A stretch of DNA of 64,000 bases from Patescibacteria group bacterium (lineage in GTDB: Bacteria; Patescibacteriota; UBA1384; XYA2-FULL-43-10). The stretch's first letter is position 1, and every line of letters starts with the position of its first letter. The stretch is from positions 103,967 to 167,966 of the forward strand of contig JBAYVT010000001.1 of assembly GCA_041674405.1 (NCBI GenBank). Direction: 5' to 3'. Shown piece by piece: positions 55,101-61,800 of this stretch. The notes under the pieces were generated by a model. The model saw only the letters and a list, made by a program, of their open reading frames with translations. It was not told where the DNA came from and ran no database searches. The translations under genes were made by a program, and so were the position numbers.

Positions 55101-55587
55101 TGTCGTCATCGGCAACTTCGACAAGCTTGCCGTTGACAATCGCGTGCTTATAGAACTGCATGAATATCCACTGCGTCCATTTATAATAATTGGGATCAGT
55201 AGTATTGACCTCGCGACCCCAATCGAAGGAATAGCCAAGCGATTTCATCTGCTTTTTGAAGGTCGCAATACTTAGTGTGGTAACGTCTCTTGGTTTTGTC
55301 TTGGTTTTAATTGCGTAATTCTCTGTCGGCAGACCAAATGCGTCCCAACCCATTGGAAAAAGAACATTGTAGCCTTGCATCCTTTTCATACGCGTAAACG
55401 CATCCGAGGCGGTGTAACCCATGCAGTGTCCAACGTGCAATCCTGATCCGGAAGGATAAGGGAACTCCATGAGGGAGTAGAACTTCGGCTTATCGGAAAA
55501 ATCAATGGACTGGCCGTATTTCGCCTCTTCCCAGGCCTTCTGCCATTTAGATTCAATTTTTTCAAAATCGTATTTTGCCATAATCAA
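52144..55587 (-). CDS. leuS: Leucine--tRNA ligase carrying two inserted enzyme-fold domains (nucleotidyltransferase-like and NUDIX)
   Basis: HVGHCMGY (HIGH), CPSC...CERCG zinc domain, NWIGRSEG, CP1 editing, KMSKSRGN, 1147 aa. Insert 1 sits between EIDFKI and VYTTRADT (E. coli has 7 aa there) and contains GTFAVAGYCGNIFENPADVDLGVL, a GS...DhDh nucleotidyltransferase motif. Insert 2 after YNIPIKEVI contains the Nudix box GGIEPGESIVDTAKREILEETGY. Confidence 0.9.
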   Translation of the reverse strand: MIMAKYDFEKIESKWQKAWEEAKYGQSIDFSDKPKFYSLMEFPYPSGSGLHVGHCMGYTASDAFTRMKRMQGYNVLFPMGWDAFGLPTENYAIKTKTKPRDVTTLSIATFKKQMKSLGYSFDWGREVNTTDPNYYKWTQWIFMQFYKHAIVNGKLVEVADDDKETPRLAFQAEMPVNWCPSCKIILANEEVIGGNCERCGAQTEKRKQKQWMLRITAYADRLIKDLDTVDYLENIKTQQINWIGRSEGTEIDFKIVISTEAEQTSEKVDLGNANISDKTNKMLEAIDRINSEFKKRNIKLWVNGTFAVAGYCGNIFENPADVDLGVLAKDFDESKKIFSELGYSKIEDKDNGKFQVCVFRTDDFNIEIGTLDHDLGDTIKELDGHEFLVPDAKWLANCYKITAQKERRAGKNDLERAKFLESLNDNIIKVYTTRADTLFGVTYIVLAPEHELVDKIKDQISNVKDVENYIENAKKKSDMDRTELAKDKTGVELKGIKAINPINGEEVSVWIADYVLATYGTGAVMAVPAHDQRDFEFAEKYNIPIKEVIIPKLIDKNDPPIDGVETVERKQVYAVVINPKNNKVLALKWKKFPWIGLVIGGIEPGESIVDTAKREILEETGYKNVKFVRNLGGPMEVHFHATHKNVNRKATYYPLAFELLDEEQEPLSKEEAEESEPFWADWDEIENIKGYVLPIEHEIVRDRFHNPAHSFEEYGVLANSKEFDGLTSEEGKKKITEKLKEMGAGDFAVNFKLRDWIFSRQHYWGEPIPIIHCEKCGTVPMDEKDLPLTLPEVEKYEPTDTGESPLAAITDWVNTTCPKCGGPAKRETDTMPNWAGSSWYFIAYAMNQESRIKNYESSEDIFSASVKELKYWMPVDLYNGGNEHTTLHLLYSRFWHKFLYDLGKVPTLEPYNKRIAHGIILGADNQKMSKSRGNVVNPDDVVKRYGADALRTYIMFIGPYDKESAWNMDGLSGVSRFLNKVWENSDKVSGKVDSDNLAVAVNKLVFAVENDLERFNLNTYVAKLMTFNNLMSAEKEISKKSFGVFCQLLAPAAPHLAEELWEKLGNEGLVSNSAWPKFDESLKGDDKIKIAIQVNGKLRDVIEVDKDIEKTALEEAAKNSEKVSAFITGKEIKKVIVVPGKIVNIVI

Positions 55588-55630
55588 AATTTAGCACGAT
55601 CAATCTAATTAATCAACGCTGATAGTATAT

Positions 55631-56371
55631 CTATGGTAGGCGACAAAAAAGTACTTCTTGTTGGTAATCTTTCGTTTCTGCAATTATTTTTCCCTCCGTT
55701 GAAAATAAGTAACCACCTCCCGGAAAATCATCATCCATATTTCGTCCAGACTGAGTCGCGACAGCAATATTGATTTTATTTTCTCTGGCATAATTTCCAA
55801 TTTTTGTAATGCAATTATTTTTCCACCACAAATAGCCCTTCTCCCAGTTACGATTTTCTCGATCGCCATACAAATCAGGAGATGCGCACTCAAACACTAC
55901 TTTGCAACCCTTGGTTGCATATTCTTTATATAATTCTGGCAAATCAATATCAGCACAAATTGTAATGCCGAACCTTACTCCACCCAAATCAAAAATTGGT
56001 GATTCAACTCCAGAAGAAAAAATCTTCTCCTCTCCGCTTTGGACATTATGCTTACGGTAAACACCTACGATTTTCCCATTTTGAGCAAAAATTTGGGTAA
56101 TGTGATATCCGGAATTGTCTTTTTCTCCTATTCCAAACAAAATTGCAATATCCTTGCTTGCTCCAACAACTTTCTTTACAGGTTTGCTCTCTAATTCCAG
56201 ACATGTATCGATATAATTATTTTCTGTAAAATAACCCGTTAGACTCATTTCCGGGAACACGGCTACATCCGCCTTTGCTTTTGCTGCAAAAGAAATATAA
56301 TCGGACATTCTCTCCGAATTAATTTTGATTTCACCCTTTGCTGAGGGCATTTGAACCAAAGCTATTTTCAT
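55631..56371 (-). CDS. Carbon-nitrogen hydrolase (nitrilase superfamily)
   Basis: MKIALVQM..., FPEMSLTGY, catalytic GITICADI (E-K-C triad context). Confidence 0.8.
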   Translation of the reverse strand: MKIALVQMPSAKGEIKINSERMSDYISFAAKAKADVAVFPEMSLTGYFTENNYIDTCLELESKPVKKVVGASKDIAILFGIGEKDNSGYHITQIFAQNGKIVGVYRKHNVQSGEEKIFSSGVESPIFDLGGVRFGITICADIDLPELYKEYATKGCKVVFECASPDLYGDRENRNWEKGYLWWKNNCITKIGNYARENKINIAVATQSGRNMDDDFPGGGYLFSTEGKIIAETKDYQQEVLFCRLP

Positions 56372-56802
56372 TGTTTATTCGTTAAATATTTAACAAGTTT
56401 TTCTTTTGCAAATGTTGGATAAAGATTTGGGGTTTTTGAAATGTCGTCGAAATCCATCCAGTGAATATAGTATTGATTATTTGAATCAGTCAACATTTTT
56501 CGCGGTTCGTTGAGTTTCGGTTTTCCGCTGAATTTATCAATCAAGAAAAAGTAGCTGGTTCTACCAATATCATTTCCATTCTTTTCAACATATCCCTCAA
56601 ACAAAAGTTTTCCAGTTTCAGCATCAATACCGAGTTCTTCTTTCAATTCGCGCTTCGCTGTTTGCTCGAGACTTTCTCCTTCCTCGACTCCACCGCCGGG
56701 AAAGCTAAAATATTCTTCTCCATCCTTGATCCTACGAAACAGGAGAATTTTATTATCTTTCAATATAATCCCGCACGCTCTTTGGGTTATCCTAAAATTC
56801 AT
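56368..56802 (-). CDS. NUDIX hydrolase
   Basis: FPGGGVEEGESLEQTAKRELKEELGI. ATGA overlap with the downstream C-N hydrolase. Confidence 0.9.
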   Translation of the reverse strand: MNFRITQRACGIILKDNKILLFRRIKDGEEYFSFPGGGVEEGESLEQTAKRELKEELGIDAETGKLLFEGYVEKNGNDIGRTSYFFLIDKFSGKPKLNEPRKMLTDSNNQYYIHWMDFDDISKTPNLYPTFAKEKLVKYLTNKQ

Positions 56803-56867
56803 AAACGTCTGTTTAATATTTAGTTGAACAATGATATTTTATCATGCACATTAGCTGCATGACTAAT

Positions 56868-56956
56868 AATTTTCTAGTTAATTCTTGATATTAGAAATCT
56901 TATCGAAATCCATCCAATGGATATAGTGCTAGTTGTTAGAATCACTCAGCATTTTC
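56868..56956 (-). pseudogene. Decayed C-terminal fragment of a NUDIX paralog (KMLSDSNN*HYIHWMDFDKISNIKN*)
   Basis: ~80% nt identity over 53 nt to 56447-56499 of the intact NUDIX gene, with protein-level similarity (KMLTDSNNQYYIHWMDFDDISKTPN) interrupted by stops. It overlaps the last codons of the methyltransferase gene. Confidence 0.5.
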
Positions 56957-57716
56957 CCAGAATTACAAAATATTGAGGAGAATTATTTTCGAAAATTTTA
57001 AGTATTTTCCAACCCGTCGGGCGAATTAGTTGCTCTAATTCACTCGGTGACAGATAGAGATATTCAAACCAGGGACCCGTGATGTCATCATATCGTACTC
57101 TCAATTTTACCTCTCCGGAAAGTTTGCCCTTTTTTAGGTTACAATTAAAATATGATCGATAGGCTGGATCATAAATCTTGTCCGGATTTGAACTCTCGGC
57201 AATAATAATAGCATTGTCACTTCCAGCACCATGGAGTCGTCTAAGAATTTCAGGGGCTTTTATTTGATTTTGCAATAGGCCCAAGTTATTACCCATTAAC
57301 AAAAAGGTGTCATACTTCAAATCTAACGAATCATTTATGTTCTCAATTTGACCGATTAATGATTTCTTTATACCTTGCATCTTGCACACCCTGATAGCGA
57401 GCGGAGAAGGGTCCATAGCTGTGACGTCTAATCCTTTTTCTTGTAAGTACAGGGCGTGTCTACCTGGTCCACACCCAATATCTAAAATCTTACCTTTGGC
57501 AAAGCCAACTGCAATAATCTCATTTTTGCTCCATTGTTCTGATTTTATAAAATAAAAATTTCCCGCAGATACTTCCGTTAAGCCATCATCTCTTTCGATT
57601 AGGAGAACATTGTCTTTGCCATTAAAACAATCCCAAATCTGTCTCCCAAAGGCATCATTATTTCTTTTTGCCTTCATGTTTAAAAACCAGTAATATATTT
57701 GTAGCATACACTTCAA
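56946..57716 (-). CDS. Class I SAM-dependent methyltransferase
   Basis: Motif I ILDIGCGPGRHALYL. Confidence 0.8.
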   Translation of the reverse strand: MKCMLQIYYWFLNMKAKRNNDAFGRQIWDCFNGKDNVLLIERDDGLTEVSAGNFYFIKSEQWSKNEIIAVGFAKGKILDIGCGPGRHALYLQEKGLDVTAMDPSPLAIRVCKMQGIKKSLIGQIENINDSLDLKYDTFLLMGNNLGLLQNQIKAPEILRRLHGAGSDNAIIIAESSNPDKIYDPAYRSYFNCNLKKGKLSGEVKLRVRYDDITGPWFEYLYLSPSELEQLIRPTGWKILKIFENNSPQYFVILGKC

Positions 57717-57823
57717 TATTAACTATAATTTGAGCAAAAACACAATTGATGATTCTCTAAATCATGAAGGAATCCTGATGGCTCAGCATATTAGTTGCAT
57801 AACTATCCTTAAATAAAAACAGT

Positions 57824-58882
57824 TTGCAAGAGTATCAACTCATCAAATTGTGGAAGGAAATAATGGTAGAAGGAAAATTTTATTTTTCACATGAACATGA
57901 GCAGCATACAGGCTTTACAGACAGTGAAGGAAATGATTGGGATGTACCTGGGCGGCTGGAGAAAATTGTCTCATGGATTGCCAGAAGGTATGGAGAAAAT
58001 TATTTAAATGTTCTGCAAGAAATAAACGAGTCTGATTTTATTGATATAATTCGGCGGGTTCACGAAGCCGAAATGATAGAGGAACTGAAACAAACTAGCC
58101 TAAGAGCAAAGGATGGCGAAGCCCTAATTACGTCATTTGACTCAGATAAGGAAACGAGCGTTACTCCTGTTTCGAGACATACATATAAAAGCGCACTTGC
58201 TGCGGTAAAATGCTCTCTTTCAGCAGCCGAAATGTTGAAAAGCTCTCGGTCAAACCTTGCTGTCGCCTTATCACGCCCTCCAGGACATCACGCTGGGAAA
58301 AATTATTATCATGGTTTTTGTTACATGAACAATATTGCTGTCGCAGCCGAATCTTTAAAAGAGGATGGAGAAAGAGTAGCAATTCTGGATATTGACGCTC
58401 ATCATGGCGACGGAACTCAACAAATCTTCCAAGATGACTCAAGCGTATTTTACTCTTCGCTTCACGCTGATCCAAATCTGGTGCTTCCGCATACCGGAAA
58501 GTCTGACGAGATCGGTAATGACGGAAGTATTTTGAATCTCCCTTATTCAATTGGTATCTCGACAGAAGAATATTTGACCTTGCTGAATTTTTCGCTTAAA
58601 CATATCCAAATGTTTGACCCGCAATATCTGTTAATATCGGCTGGATTTGATACCCACAAACGCGAATTTGAATCGATGGGCTTGCCACCAGTTACGCAGC
58701 TTGATTCACCCGACTACGAGGAGATAGGGCGGATGATTGGATCATTGTCTTTGCCAACTGGGGTGGTTCTTGAAGGGGGTTACAACCAAACTGCGTTGAG
58801 CGAAGCTTTGATGAATTTTACTATTGGCCTGGAGAACAGCTTAAAAACCAAGCCATGCTTTGACTTTTTTGCTCTAAAGTGA
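57824..58882 (+). CDS. Histone deacetylase/acetoin-utilisation (HDAC, arginase-deacetylase fold) family hydrolase
   Basis: ILDIDAHHGDGTQ, PPGHHAG and GFCYMNN motifs. Confidence 0.85.
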   Translation: MQEYQLIKLWKEIMVEGKFYFSHEHEQHTGFTDSEGNDWDVPGRLEKIVSWIARRYGENYLNVLQEINESDFIDIIRRVHEAEMIEELKQTSLRAKDGEALITSFDSDKETSVTPVSRHTYKSALAAVKCSLSAAEMLKSSRSNLAVALSRPPGHHAGKNYYHGFCYMNNIAVAAESLKEDGERVAILDIDAHHGDGTQQIFQDDSSVFYSSLHADPNLVLPHTGKSDEIGNDGSILNLPYSIGISTEEYLTLLNFSLKHIQMFDPQYLLISAGFDTHKREFESMGLPPVTQLDSPDYEEIGRMIGSLSLPTGVVLEGGYNQTALSEALMNFTIGLENSLKTKPCFDFFALK

Positions 58883-58895
58883 GTATTATTTTGCT

Positions 58896-61800
58896 ATGTA
58901 TAATGTTAAGCTACTACATGATTTTTTTGTGTTTCAGTCTCAAAAAAATCCCAATCAAATTGCCGTCGTTGATTTCAAAAAATCCTATACCTATAAAGAA
59001 ATCGAAACAAGCGCTAATCGCCTTGCTTTTGAATTGACCAGTCACTCCCCTGCGCTTCAACAGGATAAAATCGGATTTTTTACAGATCGTTCGGTTGATT
59101 CGATAATTATTATGCTTGGCATATTAAAATCAGGCCATGCTTTTGTTCCTATCGATCCCAACCTACCAGCAAAGCGCATCGAATATATTTGCGATAAAGC
59201 CACGATTAAAACTATCGTTTCAGGAAACACAGAATATTATTCAAGCAAAAAACAAACAATTATTCACCTTCGGTCGATCATAACCGTCAAAGATTTCAAG
59301 TATAAAGAAATAAAAATTCCAGACGATAGAATTGCATATTGTCTATTTACATCAGGATCAACGGGGAGACCTAAGGGGGCGCTGATCAAACACTCCGGTA
59401 TTGTACAATCTATTAAAAACTTTAAAAAGGCATATCATTTTGATAAAAACAGCAAGGTACTTCAATTTGCTAGCCTATCGTATGATGCGTCCCTATCAGA
59501 GATTTTCCCAACTTTTGCTGCCGGTGGAACTATTTATATTCCGCCCAGAGAAGTGATTTTAGATATTGATAAGTTATCATCATACATTATCGAGTCAGGT
59601 ATAACAGCAGCAATATTTCCGCCTACTGTTATCGGGCACCTTAACAAAGATTCTCTTTCTTCACTCTCAACTTTAGTGTCCGCAGGCGAAGAATGCCCTG
59701 CTGATTTAGCAAATAGAATGTATGAATTGGTTCCACATTTTATTAACGCATACGGACCCACAGAAGCTTCAGTAGGAGTTACCACCTTTGAACTAGACCG
59801 GAAAATAAAAAATGCAGTTCCTATTGGCAAAGCTTTACCTGGATACAAGATTTATATATTAAACAAGGTTGGTCAAAGAGTCTCTATTGGCCAAATTGGC
59901 GAACTCTGTATAGGCGGCGTTGGAGTTTTTGCCGGTTATATCGGGGATAGCGCAAAAACTCACGAAGTTTTAATCCCTAATCCTTTTGGCGTCGGTTATC
60001 TGTATAAGACCGGCGATCTTGTAAAACAAGATGCGAATGGGCAAATTTATTATGTTGGAAGGAATGACTTTCAAATAAAATTACATAGCATTAGGATGAG
60101 CCCGGAAGAAATCGAAAGAGAAATTAAGAAGCTGCCAAAAATCAATGAATGCGTGGTTGTTGATGGATGTCTTGAAAGTAACAAGGAACACAAATTGGTC
60201 TGTTATTTTACTGCCTCAGAAGATTTAAATTTAACAGTAACACGAGATATCCTTCGTTCCAAGTTGCAACCACATATGATTCCCCAGGTTTTCATCCATA
60301 TTCCTTCAATGCCTCTGACCCCAAGCGGAAAAATCGACCGACATGCACTTCAAATAAAACCCGTCAGAATAAAAACTGAGACAGATACTCTTAACGACAG
60401 CGTAATTTCTGACTCTCCAATAGCACGCATATGGAAAGATATTTTGGGCACGAACTCCGTGTCTCTTGAAGACAACTTTTTTGAATTAGGCGGATCATCT
60501 ATCTCCGCCATGCGGATCGTCTCGAAGATTAATAAAAATACAGACTTTCATGCAAACATAAATTTAATTTTTGAATATCCTGTTTTTAATGATTTCGTTC
60601 GCGCCCTAGAAAAAGAAGCTTCAGAGACAGAAAAAGAACATGATAAGACATTTGCAGACCAAAAGTTAACAGACCCAGAAAAGTTATTTTGGGCCGCCAA
60701 CTATACTTCCAAGAAACCGGAAGCATATACACTAACTGAAGTGTTTGAACTTAATGGACAAATAAATACAAACAGACTTCAAAGAAGTTTCGAGTTTCTA
60801 ATTAGTCAATTTCCTAAATTACGCACCAATTTCAGATTTAGGTTCGATAAAATTGAAAAAGTGATTAAAAATGAAAAATCATATCCGTTCTGTCTCCGTG
60901 ATTATTCAAATCTGGATATCTCCAGAGCAAGAAAAAAGGCCAGGCAAACCCAGGAACATATTGCCAACATTCCCATGGATCTGGAAAAAGACTGGCTCTT
61001 TGTAGCCTATTATTTGAAATTGTCTGAAGTAGAAGGACTGCTGATCTTCCATGCCCATCACATTGTTATGGACGCCAGAGCAATGGAAATTATATCTAAA
61101 AAATTTTGGGATTATTATGAACACCATCAAGATTACAAGTTGGTGGAAAATATTAATTCTATGCATTCACAACCTACAGATGATGAAAAAACCTTTTGGA
61201 AAGAATATTTGTCCCGAGCAGATGATAATTTGACTTCATTGCCATATGACAATCCCAAGAATGAAACAACAGAAAACAATGGAAAGACTATTATACATCC
61301 ATTACCTTTGCGATTGGCCCGAGAAGGATCCAAAACTGCTACGGCTCTAGGCATTACCCCTTTCTCTCTTTTTCGAAATATTTTTTCCTTACTCCTTCAT
61401 CGTCTTTCAAATCAGGTTAATTTAACTGTTGGCACGGCTGTCAGCCTGCGAGATGACAACAGTGAAAATGATATTGGTGTTTTCTTAAATACATTACCTA
61501 TCCGGTCAACTTTGCGGAGCGGAGAACCAATAGAAAAATATCTAGTAAGACAAAATAAGGAATTTATACATTGCTTTAAACACAGGAACCTTTCACTACC
61601 TCATATTCTCAAACTAATTCAGAATGACTGCAAAAAAGACTCTCAGCCCCTATTTAATGTAATGTTTGATTATATTGCTGAAGAAGGCACTTCTAAGGTA
61701 ATCGGTTTGCAAGTAAAACGTCAAAGGGCCTTTCCGGCAACTGCACTTTTTGATCTTACCCTCACGGTCAAAGAATTAAATTGCGGTTTTGAATTGCTGT

